Of a stretch of DNA of 64,000 nt, positions 55,305-64,000 are shown piece after piece. Positions within the stretch are counted from its first letter, which is position 1. Every line of letters starts with the position of its first letter. The position numbers and the translations under genes were made by a program. The stretch covers positions 67,718 through 131,717 of the forward strand of contig JAJTXV010000005.1 in assembly GCA_021463845.1 (NCBI GenBank), read 5' to 3'. A model generated the notes under the pieces. That model was not told where the DNA came from. It saw only the letters and a list, made by a program, of their open reading frames with translations, and searched no databases. Origin of the DNA: Anaerolineales bacterium (GTDB lineage: Bacteria; Chloroflexota; Anaerolineae; Anaerolineales; UBA11579).

Positions 55305-55900
55305 TGAGCGAATTCATCCACACCCATCAAGACAACAACGCCCCCCACACGCTGTTCCTGTTGCACGGCACCGGCGGCGACGAGCACGACCTCATTCCGC
55401 TGGTCGAGCCGGTGCGTGAGCGCTACAACATCGTGGGCCTGCGCGGCAACGTATCCGAGGGCGGCATGCCGCGCTTCTTCGCCCGCCTGGCCATGGGCGT
55501 GTTCGACATGGCCAGCATCGAGGCCGAGACCGGCAAGCTGGCCGCCTTCCTGGCCCGCTGGTACGCCGAGCACAACACCGATGCCAAATCGGCCACCTTT
55601 GTGGGCTACTCCAACGGCGCAAACATGATCCTGGCCACCCTGTTCCGCCACCCAAGCGTGATCACCAACGCGGCCCTGCTGCACAGCATGCTCCCCTTCG
55701 ACCCGCCCCAGCTCAATCTGATGAGCAAGCGCTTCCTGGTCACCTATGGCGAGCGCGACCCGCTCATCCCCGCCGCCGAGGCACTCAACGTGGCCGCCGT
55801 GCTGCGCGCCGGCGGCGCCGACGTAGACTCCTTCGCCCACCCCGGCGGCCACGAGCTGACCCACACCGAACAAGCCGCCCTGCTGGAATTTTTGGTCTAG
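55304..55900 (+). CDS. alpha/beta hydrolase, phospholipase/carboxylesterase family (MhqD-like)
   Basis: LFLLHGTGGDEHDL is followed by the nucleophile elbow GYSNGAN and a C-terminal HPGGHEL. The start overlaps the stop of the upstream dioxygenase. Confidence 0.8.
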   Translation: MSEFIHTHQDNNAPHTLFLLHGTGGDEHDLIPLVEPVRERYNIVGLRGNVSEGGMPRFFARLAMGVFDMASIEAETGKLAAFLARWYAEHNTDAKSATFVGYSNGANMILATLFRHPSVITNAALLHSMLPFDPPQLNLMSKRFLVTYGERDPLIPAAEALNVAAVLRAGGADVDSFAHPGGHELTHTEQAALLEFLV

Positions 55901-55910
55901 CTGTATTTTT

Positions 55911-56030
55911 GTCATTCCGACGAGGCCAAAGGCCGAAGAGGAATCCTTTAGGTCATTGCAAACTCGCTTGAATTTGTTATGACCTAAAGGATTCCTCACC
56001 CACTCGCTTTCGCTCGGGGTTCGGAATGAC
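55911..56030. repeat. family-A nested inverted-repeat element
   Basis: gtcattccgacgaggccaaaggccgaagaggaatcctttagg ... cctaaaggattcctcacccactcgctttcgctcggggttcggaatgac. Confidence 0.8.
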
Positions 56031-56124
56031 GCAAAATAGCTGACTAGTAGTTTTTAATCTCTATTCTCCAATCTCGCCTTCGCCCTTAGCCATTGCGTAT
56101 AATTCCCTCTCTGAAAGAGAGACT

Positions 56125-58851
56125 ATGCCCAAGACTGCCAACCAGATCCGCCAGGACTATCTAGACTTCTTCATTAAACGCGGCCACACCGAGGTGCCCT
56201 CCTCCTCGCTGGTGCCGGGCGGCGACGCCACCTTGCTGTTCACAAACTCCGGCATGGTGCAATTCAAAGACGTCTTCCTCGGCACAGACAAGCGCAACTA
56301 CAACCGCGCCGTGGACTCGCAGAAATGCCTGCGCGTGGCTGGCAAACACAACGACCTTGAAGATGTGGGCCTGGACGACACGCACCACACCTTCTTTGAG
56401 ATGCTGGGCAACTGGTCCTTCGGCGACTATTACAAAAAAGAGGCCATCGCCTGGGCTTGGGAACTGCTGACCCAGACATGGGGTTTGCCCGCCGACCGGC
56501 TGTACGCCTCCGTGTTCAAGGATGACCAGGGCGAGATCGAGACCGACAAAGAGGCCGCCGACAACTGGCTAGCCCAGCCCGGCTTCGTGCCCGAACACCT
56601 CGTATATTACGGCCGCAAAGACAACTTCTGGGAGATGGCCGACACCGGCCCCTGCGGCCCCAACAGCGAGATCTATTACGATTTTGGCCCGGAGTATGGC
56701 AAGATCCAAAAGAACGCCGATGGCGAGCTGGCGCTCGACAGTCCGCGCTTTGTCGAGATCTGGAATTTAGTTTTCATCCAATACAATCGCACTGGCCCCA
56801 AGGAGCTCAAGCCGCTGCCTGCCAAGCATGTCGATACTGGCATGGGTCTGGAGCGCATCGTCTCCGTATTGCAGCAGGCCAAGGGCAACTATCGCACTGA
56901 CCTGTTCACGCCGCTGATCGCCAAGGTGCAGCAGCTGGCCGGGCAGACCGACGCCGAGCGCGATGCCAACTTCACGCCCTACCGCGTGATCGCCGATCAT
57001 GCCCGCGCCGCCACCTTCCTGATCGCCGAAGGCGTGGTGCCCGGCAACGTCGGGCGCAACTACGTAGCCCGCATGATCATCCGCCGCGCCGCCCGCTTCG
57101 GCACCAAGCTCGGTCTCACTGAGCCGTTCATGGCCGAGGTGGCCGAAGCCATCATCGAACACTACGGCGAGGCCTACCCTGAACTGGTCAAGAACCGCAA
57201 GGCCATCCTGGATGGGCTGACGCGGGAAGAAGAACAGTTCCAGCGCACCGTCGAAAGCGGCATGGCGAAATTGGACGCGCTGTTCGCCGGCCTGCCTGCC
57301 GGCGGCACGCTGGATGGCGCACAGGCCTTTGACCTGTACGCCACCTACGGCCTGCCGTTGGAGCTGACCCGCGACGTAGCCCGCGAGCGCGGCTACGGCG
57401 TGGACGAGGCCGGCTTCCACGCCGCCATGGAGCAGCACCGCACCGCCTCCGGCGCCGGCCAGGCCATGGGCGCGCTGGGCGGCGAGCAGGCCGAAGCCTT
57501 TGCCGCCATTGTGCAGCAACTGCAGGCCGAGAAGAAACTGAGCGACAAGGGCGTGAAGTACGACCCCTACGAAGACCTGGACGAACTGGAAGCCAAGGAA
57601 GAAGTATTGGCGCTGGTGAAGGATGGGCAGCCACTCCAACAAGCCGCCGAGGGCGACACGGTGGCCGTGATACTGCCAGAGACGCTCTTCTACATCGCCG
57701 CCGGCGGCCAGGTGAGCGACACTGGCGTCATCCAGGCGGCCGACGGCAGCTGGGCCATCCAGGTACGCGAGATGCAGCAGCCCGCGGCCGGCGCCATCGT
57801 CCACATCGGCGAAGTGGTGAGCGGCACGCCCAAGGTTGGCGACAAGGTCATCGCCCGCGTGGATGCCCGCCGCCGCCAGGACATCATGCGCAACCATACC
57901 GCCACGCATCTGCTGCACGCTGCGCTGCACCAGGTGGTAGGCGAGCACGCCCGCCAGGCGGGCTCGCTGGTGGCGCCCGACCGCTTGCGCTTTGACTTCA
58001 ACAATCCTGAAGCCGTCAGCAAAGACGCCCTCTCGCAGATCGAAGACCAGGTCAATGCCTGGGTGTTGGACAACTACGAGCTTGAGAAAGAAACAAAATC
58101 GCTGGAGCAAGCCAAGCAGGAAGGCGCCACCGCCCTCTTCGGCGAAAAGTATGGCGAGAAAGTGCGCACCATTGCCATCGGCAACGAAGACGCGCCGTTC
58201 TCGTATGAGCTGTGCGGTGGTACACACGTGGAGCACACCGGCGACATTGGCCTGTTCCTCATCGTCAGCGAAGGCAGCGCCGCCGCCGGCATCCGCCGCA
58301 TCGAAGCCGTGACCGGCCGCGAAGCGTATGCGCTAGCCAAGGCGCGCAACGCCGCCCTACAAGAGGCGGCCCGCGCCCTCAAGACCACGCCAGATGACGT
58401 GCCCGCCAAGACAGCCGCACTGCAAAGCGAGCTCAACCAGATCACCAAGGAGCTGGGCGCGGCCCGCCGCGCCCAGGCGCAAGAAAGCCTGGGCGACCTG
58501 CTGACCAATGTGCCGCAAGTCTCCGGCGTGTCCGTGCTGGCCGCCGCCGTGCCCGGCGCCGACACTGACGCATTGCGCGCCCTGGCCGATAAGTTTCGCC
58601 AGCAGCACAGCAGCGGCGTAGCCCTGCTGGCTGCTGTGGCGGATGGCAGCGTCACACTCATCGCCGCCGTCACCAAAGACCTAGTCGCCCGCGGCCTGCA
58701 GGCCGGCGAGCTTGCCAAGCAAGCCGCCGCCATTCTCGACGGCCGCGGCGGCGGCAAGCCAGAGCTGGCCCAGGGCGGCGGCACCGACAACGGCAAGCTG
58801 GACGAAGCGCTGGCGGTGGCAACCACTTGGGTGGCCGAAAAACTGGGTTGA
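56125..58851 (+). CDS. alaS: alanine--tRNA ligase
   Basis: 908 aa. It has FFIKRGHTEVPSSSLVP, FTNSGMVQFK, HHTFFEMLGNWSFGDYYK, the editing-domain HTATHLLHAAL, and a C-terminal DHHA1-like GGGG region. Confidence 0.97.
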   Translation: MPKTANQIRQDYLDFFIKRGHTEVPSSSLVPGGDATLLFTNSGMVQFKDVFLGTDKRNYNRAVDSQKCLRVAGKHNDLEDVGLDDTHHTFFEMLGNWSFGDYYKKEAIAWAWELLTQTWGLPADRLYASVFKDDQGEIETDKEAADNWLAQPGFVPEHLVYYGRKDNFWEMADTGPCGPNSEIYYDFGPEYGKIQKNADGELALDSPRFVEIWNLVFIQYNRTGPKELKPLPAKHVDTGMGLERIVSVLQQAKGNYRTDLFTPLIAKVQQLAGQTDAERDANFTPYRVIADHARAATFLIAEGVVPGNVGRNYVARMIIRRAARFGTKLGLTEPFMAEVAEAIIEHYGEAYPELVKNRKAILDGLTREEEQFQRTVESGMAKLDALFAGLPAGGTLDGAQAFDLYATYGLPLELTRDVARERGYGVDEAGFHAAMEQHRTASGAGQAMGALGGEQAEAFAAIVQQLQAEKKLSDKGVKYDPYEDLDELEAKEEVLALVKDGQPLQQAAEGDTVAVILPETLFYIAAGGQVSDTGVIQAADGSWAIQVREMQQPAAGAIVHIGEVVSGTPKVGDKVIARVDARRRQDIMRNHTATHLLHAALHQVVGEHARQAGSLVAPDRLRFDFNNPEAVSKDALSQIEDQVNAWVLDNYELEKETKSLEQAKQEGATALFGEKYGEKVRTIAIGNEDAPFSYELCGGTHVEHTGDIGLFLIVSEGSAAAGIRRIEAVTGREAYALAKARNAALQEAARALKTTPDDVPAKTAALQSELNQITKELGAARRAQAQESLGDLLTNVPQVSGVSVLAAAVPGADTDALRALADKFRQQHSSGVALLAAVADGSVTLIAAVTKDLVARGLQAGELAKQAAAILDGRGGGKPELAQGGGTDNGKLDEALAVATTWVAEKLG

Positions 58852-59261
58852 TGAAGAAATACTTCACCGCCCGAAACCTACTTCTTCTGTTGGTTACTGT
58901 ATTCTTCGGCAGCATCATCTGGTCAATGGGCTATGAGACCCTGCTGCCCTTGCTGCGCGCCGAGCAGTGGCCTGTCTTCATTGCCAATCTGGTTGGCCTG
59001 CCGCTCATACTCATCGGCACAGCGGTCATGCTATGGGGCTTTTGGGTCTTTCTGCGTGACGTAGCAACTCTATACAACTCGGCCGGCTGGCACCAAGCCC
59101 AACAAGGCCGCGCCAACCACCAACTCGGCGGTGGCGAACGCAAGGCCGCTCAACGCCAGGCGCAAGGCCTGGCGTTAGCGCACATGCGGCCCGGCTTGCT
59201 GATGCTCGTGGGCGGCATTGCCCTGATCGCTATCGGCGGCTACGTCAGCAGGCTGGGCTAA
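58851..59261 (+). CDS. small membrane protein, unknown function
   Basis: The ATG at 58851 overlaps the alaS stop by 1 nt. There are three hydrophobic helices. Confidence 0.45.
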   Translation: MKKYFTARNLLLLLVTVFFGSIIWSMGYETLLPLLRAEQWPVFIANLVGLPLILIGTAVMLWGFWVFLRDVATLYNSAGWHQAQQGRANHQLGGGERKAAQRQAQGLALAHMRPGLLMLVGGIALIAIGGYVSRLG

Positions 59262-59371
59262 CCAATTCGAGCTGGCTGCACCCAGCCAAGCCATCCAAAA
59301 ATCGCTACACTTGCAGCCTGCACAGTTGCCGGCCGCCAACTGGCCGCATTCTTGCATATACCAAAGCGCAT

Positions 59372-59734
59372 ATGGTCACCCGCTACGCTATTTTCGGCCT
59401 CACCATCCTGCTCGGCCTGATCGCCAGCCTGTACCTGGGCTGGGAGCTGCGCCCGCTGTCGGCGGCCGACGCCGACCCCAGCCTGCTGCGCGAGGATTAC
59501 GCCGCCGACTACGCCCTGATGGCTGCCGAAGCCTACGCGGCTGACGGCAACCTCGACCGGGCCATTGACCATCTTGAATTCCTCAACGCCGGCAACGCCC
59601 TGCTGCCCCTGGTGAATGCCATGGAGTTTGGCCAGGCGCACGGTTACTCCCAATCCGATCTTGACTTACTTGCCGACCTGGCCAGCGCCCTGCGCGACCA
59701 GGTGCCCAGCCTCTCCCACACGCCCACGCCATGA
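59372..59734 (+). CDS. N-terminally anchored hypothetical protein
   Basis: 120 aa with a single TM helix followed by EDYAADYALMAAEAYAADGNLDRAIDHLEFL. It is a paralogue of the N-terminus of the next gene. Confidence 0.45.
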   Translation: MVTRYAIFGLTILLGLIASLYLGWELRPLSAADADPSLLREDYAADYALMAAEAYAADGNLDRAIDHLEFLNAGNALLPLVNAMEFGQAHGYSQSDLDLLADLASALRDQVPSLSHTPTP

Positions 59735-60510
59735 TGGCCAAAGAGCAATCCAAGCGGCGTCCGCCGCTCTATCTGGTGACAGGCCTGGTGCTTGGCCTGC
59801 TCTTCGGCTGTATGCTTTCCTTTATCGCCTTCCCCCTGCAGGTGGCCAGCGTTGGCCCCAGCCATCTGGCTGACGATCATCAGGACCAGTACCGTCTCAT
59901 GATCGCGCTGGCTTACGCCTCCAGCGGCGACATTAGCCGGGCGCAAGCGCGCCTTGACCAACTGGGCGACCCAGACCCGGCCCGGGCGCTGAGCGCCCAA
60001 GCGCAGCTGGCGCTGGGCAACAGCGCCACACAGCGTGAAGCACGCGCCCTCGCCAGCCTGGCGCGCGATCTCGAGACCTTCCAAGCCAGCGCGCAGTCCA
60101 CCTCGGTGGCGATCAACACACCCAACCCCGATGAGGCCGGCGCCGCGCCGACGCCCTTCGTGGCCGACGAGAGCGGCGTGTATACACTCAGCAGCCGCGA
60201 GCTGCTGTGCGAAAGCAGCGAAGCGCCGCCGCTGGTCAAGATATTTATCTTTGACGAGAACGGGCAGGCCCAGGCCGGAGTGCGCCTGGCGATGAGCGAT
60301 GGCAGCGACAGCAGTGAATTCTTTACCGGCGCCCGCCCTGAATTTGGCCCCGGCTATGCTGAATACGAAATGACGCCCGGCGAGACCTACATCCTTTCGA
60401 TCACAGGCACGGAAACGCTGGCAGGCCTGCAGCCGGCCGCCTGCATCACCGAAGCCGGTGACCCTGCCTGGGGCGCCTGGCTGCTGCTGTTCAACCGCGC
60501 CAAAGACTAG
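59731..60510 (+). CDS. N-terminally anchored hypothetical protein (paralogous N-terminal module + extra C-terminal domain)
   Basis: 4-nt overlap with the previous gene. A TM helix is followed by DQYRLMIALAYASSGDISRAQARLDQL, matching the module in 59372-59734. Confidence 0.5.
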   Translation: MMAKEQSKRRPPLYLVTGLVLGLLFGCMLSFIAFPLQVASVGPSHLADDHQDQYRLMIALAYASSGDISRAQARLDQLGDPDPARALSAQAQLALGNSATQREARALASLARDLETFQASAQSTSVAINTPNPDEAGAAPTPFVADESGVYTLSSRELLCESSEAPPLVKIFIFDENGQAQAGVRLAMSDGSDSSEFFTGARPEFGPGYAEYEMTPGETYILSITGTETLAGLQPAACITEAGDPAWGAWLLLFNRAKD

Positions 60511-60578
60511 TGGGGTTAGAATTTCCAGCACTCTTCCCGTTTTAAGTGGGCAAAAGAGAGAGCTGAGACCAGTATCGT

Positions 60579-62186
60579 ATGAACAAAAGCACATCCAACA
60601 AACCGGCGAAGCGATCGACCACTGTTTGGCTACTGCTCCTGGCCAGCTTGCTGTACTTTGTTCTCCTGGCCTTGCCAAATGCAACCGGCGCCCGTGATGT
60701 TGACATGCTTTCCATCTTTGAGGTGGATGAATATGCTCAGTATGAGCATGTCGTACGCATGGTCAGCGGCGGTGAAAGTCTTGTCGATAGTTTGCGCAAG
60801 TTTGTCGCCTACGAGCACTATTTTTATGGCTATCCATTCTATTTTTTCTCAGCCGTCAGCATATTGCCGCTGCGCTGGCTGCTGGGCGCAGATTTGCATG
60901 CGCATACGGCCACGATCGTTCTGGTGCTGCGCCAGCTCATCAACGTAGCGCCCAACCTGCTCAGTGTGTGGCTGCTTACATATACGGCCACTCAGTTTCG
61001 CTCAGTCTTCAAGACCATTGTGATTTTTGCGCTGCTGCTGCTATTACCCGCTTTGATGGGCAACAGCTTATGGTGGCACGCAGATGGTCTGGCGTTGCTC
61101 TTCATGGCGCTGGGGTTCTTCCTTCTGCGGCTGGATGGGTTGCGTTTCCAACGCTACTTCTGGCTGGCCGCTGCGGCGGCAGGTGTAGGCTTGGGCATCA
61201 AATATATCGGCGCGCTTTTCGTGCTGGTGATTCCGCTATATCTGTCCCTGGGTGTGCGCCAGTCGCGCCTGAGCTGGCGCCAGGCCGCAGCTCGCGGCTT
61301 GGGCTTTGTCGCCATCATGCTGGCTGTGTTCGTGCTCACCAACCCGCTCCTGTTGCTGCCCCAGCGGGCTGACCTGATCGCCAATCAGCGCCTGCAATTC
61401 GAGCAGACCAGTCAGGGCATCTTTGCCAGCCGGCCAGACTTCCTGGAGGCTGGCCGCCTGCCGGGCTGGCTTACGGCCAACTTTGGCACGGCCGCCTTCC
61501 TGGCGCTGCTGGCGGCGGCGCTGGCCGCCGGCTGGCTGCAAGGTGGCCGCCAGCGGGCGGAAGCCGCCCTGCTTGCAGCCTGGCTGCTGCCCAACCTGCT
61601 GGTGATGCTCAACGCATCGTCCATGCGGGTGCACTATTGGTTGCAGATCTTCATGCCCGCCATGATGGCGCTGGTCTTCATCCTGCCGGACAAGCTGGAG
61701 TTCAAATTCCAGCCGCGCCCCCGCGCGTTACTACAATGGGCAGCACTGCTGCTGATCGCTGTACAAGCGGGCCTGTTCGCGCAGGAAAGCAGCCGACATT
61801 ACCAGCAGACCTTGCACCGCGAGGACACTTCTCCCAGTTTGCAGTTCTACCGGACAGTGCACCCTACTCTGCTGGCGAATGGCGAGCAGCACATTTACCG
61901 CGACTGGAAGGTGTATTTCCCGTCGGACGCGCAGTTCTCAGTCTTCCTTGATTGGGAGCTGGGCAGCCACGACATGTTGGCTGAAGAACAGCCTGATGTG
62001 CTTCTGCTCGAGCGCGAGAACGTGGAATTCTATGGCGCGGAAGACTACCTCGATACCTCGCCCGACCCTGGACGGCTGGAGCCGATGCACCGCTTCTACC
62101 GGGACGCGCTGCAAAACCAGATCCCTAGCTATACGCTAGTCTATGAAGATGCGTTTGGTTTGGTCTTCGTCCGGCAGCAGCACTAG
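60579..62186 (+). CDS. polytopic membrane protein, GT39/ArnT-like glycosyltransferase
   Basis: 535 aa with more than 10 TM helices and an early acidic loop (FEVDEYAQYEHV). A soluble C-terminal domain follows. The architecture resembles 5829-7385. Confidence 0.55.
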   Translation: MNKSTSNKPAKRSTTVWLLLLASLLYFVLLALPNATGARDVDMLSIFEVDEYAQYEHVVRMVSGGESLVDSLRKFVAYEHYFYGYPFYFFSAVSILPLRWLLGADLHAHTATIVLVLRQLINVAPNLLSVWLLTYTATQFRSVFKTIVIFALLLLLPALMGNSLWWHADGLALLFMALGFFLLRLDGLRFQRYFWLAAAAAGVGLGIKYIGALFVLVIPLYLSLGVRQSRLSWRQAAARGLGFVAIMLAVFVLTNPLLLLPQRADLIANQRLQFEQTSQGIFASRPDFLEAGRLPGWLTANFGTAAFLALLAAALAAGWLQGGRQRAEAALLAAWLLPNLLVMLNASSMRVHYWLQIFMPAMMALVFILPDKLEFKFQPRPRALLQWAALLLIAVQAGLFAQESSRHYQQTLHREDTSPSLQFYRTVHPTLLANGEQHIYRDWKVYFPSDAQFSVFLDWELGSHDMLAEEQPDVLLLERENVEFYGAEDYLDTSPDPGRLEPMHRFYRDALQNQIPSYTLVYEDAFGLVFVRQQH

Positions 62187-64000
62187 GGCACTACGTCCAT
62201 CTGGCCCCAATTTTTGCCGATCTTGACTTCAGTCTGCAGCGGCACGCTGAGCTGATACGCGTTGCTCATCTCTTCGCGCACCAGGGCGGCGGTCTGCTGC
62301 AGCTCGCCGTCCGGCACTTCCAGCACCAGCTCGTCGTGCACCTGCAGCAGCATGCGCCCGCCCAGCTTGGCCTCAGTCAGCGCCGCATCCACGCGCAGCA
62401 TGGCCAGCTTCATGATGTCAGCCGCCGTGCCCTGAATGGGACTGTTGATCGCTTCGCGTTCCAGCCGGCTCTTGAGCACGTAATTTGTGCCCTCTTTCAG
62501 GCCCAGAAACTGACGGCGGCGGCCCAACAGAGTCTCGATGTAGCCGAGCTGGGCAGCCTTCTTTTTCGTGCCGTCAATGTAGGCGCGCACCCCAGGGAAC
62601 TTTTCAAAGTACGCCTTCACAAAATTCTCGGCCTCGGCCAGGGTGAGATCGGTGCTGCGCGTGAGCCCGAACGGGCTCATGCCATAGATCAAGCCAAAAT
62701 TCACCGCCTTGGCGTTGCGGCGCTGCTCGCCGGTGACTTGCTCCGGCGCGATGCCCAGGATGGCGGCGGCGGTGGTGATGTGAATGTCTTCGTTGTTGCG
62801 GAAAGCATTCAGCATCGCCTCGTCCTGGGCGATATGAGCCACAATGCGCAGCTCCACCTGCGAATAGTCCACCGCCAGCAGCTTGTGTCCCGGGGCGGCG
62901 ATGAAAGCGCGGCGCACGCGGCGGCCCAGCTCGGTGCGGATGGGAATGTTCTGCAGATTAGGCTCGCTGGATGCGATACGCCCGGTGACCGTGCCGGCCT
63001 GGTTGTACGAAGTATGCACGCGGTTGGTGGCCGGGTTGACCACCAGCGGCAGCGCATCCACATAGGTGGTCTTGAGCTTGGACAGCTCGCGATGCGTGAG
63101 GATCAGATCCACCATCGGGTGCTGCTCGCTCATCGCCTCGAGAATATCCGCCGAGGTCGAATAGGCGCCCGAGGCGGTCTTGCGCACGCCGGGCGGCGGG
63201 GGCAGCTTGAGGCGGTCGAACAGCATGTGGGCCAGCTGCTGGGGAGAGCTGAGGTTGAACTCCTCGCCCACCTGCTGGTAGACCTCTGTGCCGATGCGCT
63301 CGAGATCCTTGTTGAGCTCGGCGCCCATGCTGGCGAGGAACTCGGTATCCAGCATGATGCCGGCCATTTCCATATCCGAGAGCACGCGCACCAGCGGCAT
63401 CTCGATCTCGTCAAAGAGCTTCTCACCCTTGACGGCTTTGATACGCTCGGTCAGCACCGGCTGCAAACGCAGCACCACTTCGGCATCAGCGGCAGCGTAC
63501 TCGGCCGCCTGCTGGATGGGCACTTGCGCCATGGTGATCTGCTTGCGGCCCTTGCCCAGCAGGTCCTGAATTTCGGTCATCTCATTGTTCAGGCGCACCC
63601 ACACCAGGCCCTTGAGCCCCAGGTTGCGCGAGCCGCTGTCGGCCACCCACTCGGCAACCATGCTGTCCATGCTCAACGGCTGGACGCGCAGGCCGTGCCG
63701 GGCCAGCACCACATAGTCAAAGCTGAGGTTGTGGCCAAACTTGGGAATGCTGAGATCGGTCAGGGGGCCTTGCAGCGCGGCGACCACAGCCTCGATCGGC
63801 AGCTGAAGGCCAAGCATGCGCTCATGCCCGACCGGGATGTAATAGCCCTTGCCTTCTTCCACGGAGAACGAGATACCCACCAGGTCAGACTGCATATGGC
63901 TGGTGCTGCTGGTCTCAGTGTCAAAGGCAATGTACTTGGCGCCAGCCAGGGTCTTGGCCAGCGCGGCCAGCGCCTCGGGCGTATCGACGACTTCAACGTC
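62183..64000 (-). CDS. polA: DNA polymerase I (C-terminal 3'-5' exo-like + polymerase domains; N-terminus lies beyond the window)
   Basis: The frame stays open to nt 64000 (upstream reads ...YIAFDTETSSTSHMQSDLVGISF). Motif A is LLAVDYSQVELRIVAH, motif B is RRNAKAVNFGLIYG, and motif C is LLQVHDELVLE. Confidence 0.95.
   Translation of the reverse strand, partial: DVEVVDTPEALAALAKTLAGAKYIAFDTETSSTSHMQSDLVGISFSVEEGKGYYIPVGHERMLGLQLPIEAVVAALQGPLTDLSIPKFGHNLSFDYVVLARHGLRVQPLSMDSMVAEWVADSGSRNLGLKGLVWVRLNNEMTEIQDLLGKGRKQITMAQVPIQQAAEYAAADAEVVLRLQPVLTERIKAVKGEKLFDEIEMPLVRVLSDMEMAGIMLDTEFLASMGAELNKDLERIGTEVYQQVGEEFNLSSPQQLAHMLFDRLKLPPPPGVRKTASGAYSTSADILEAMSEQHPMVDLILTHRELSKLKTTYVDALPLVVNPATNRVHTSYNQAGTVTGRIASSEPNLQNIPIRTELGRRVRRAFIAAPGHKLLAVDYSQVELRIVAHIAQDEAMLNAFRNNEDIHITTAAAILGIAPEQVTGEQRRNAKAVNFGLIYGMSPFGLTRSTDLTLAEAENFVKAYFEKFPGVRAYIDGTKKKAAQLGYIETLLGRRRQFLGLKEGTNYVLKSRLEREAINSPIQGTAADIMKLAMLRVDAALTEAKLGGRMLLQVHDELVLEVPDGELQQTAALVREEMSNAYQLSVPLQTEVKIGKNWGQMDVVP

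Noticed and set aside
56031-56124. T-box or other leader riboswitch upstream of alaS
   Set aside because: The leader is only ~94 nt and partly occupied by the end of a family-A repeat. It is too short for a T-box, and no specifier or antiterminator architecture is visible.

Overview
High-G+C bacterial chromosomal segment. The gene content, frequent GTG/TTG starts, 1-8 nt gene overlaps and families of short palindromic intergenic repeats resemble Chloroflexota, but that assignment is inference only. I can support about 58 protein genes and one tRNA-Arg(UCU). I recognised no rRNA, CRISPR array, transposase or integrase. Most genes are housekeeping: recD2, lon, hsp20, tpx, efp, fabF/fabH, ftsH, mutS, apgM-type phosphoglycerate mutase, ogt, alaS, polA (3' partial at the window edge), two ECF sigma modules, and envelope or glycosyltransferase-like membrane proteins. 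The stand-out is a tightly packed seven-gene minus-strand operon (14653-21306). It encodes a complete eukaryote-like ubiquitylation cascade: a GntR-HTH::E1 fusion, a 4-TM RING-finger protein, a Ubl::UBC-E2 fusion with a canonical HPN...Cys active site, a free 88-aa Ubl ending in TAG, and a JAMM/MPN+ isopeptidase. These are translationally coupled to an FHA membrane protein and a membrane-anchored vWA protein. A perfect GntR/FadR-type palindrome sits just upstream of the E1 gene. Secondary points of interest: an AT-rich type III restriction-modification island (24995-29661) whose Mod subunit has a PKD-like tail; a PHP::AlbA_2 multidomain protein in the hsp20-lon operon; mutS sandwiched between two AT-rich orphan membrane genes; an ECF sigma translationally coupled to an Ogt-type methyltransferase; and at least six families of dispersed hairpin repeats. 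All functional calls come from reading motifs in the supplied translations. No database search was run.
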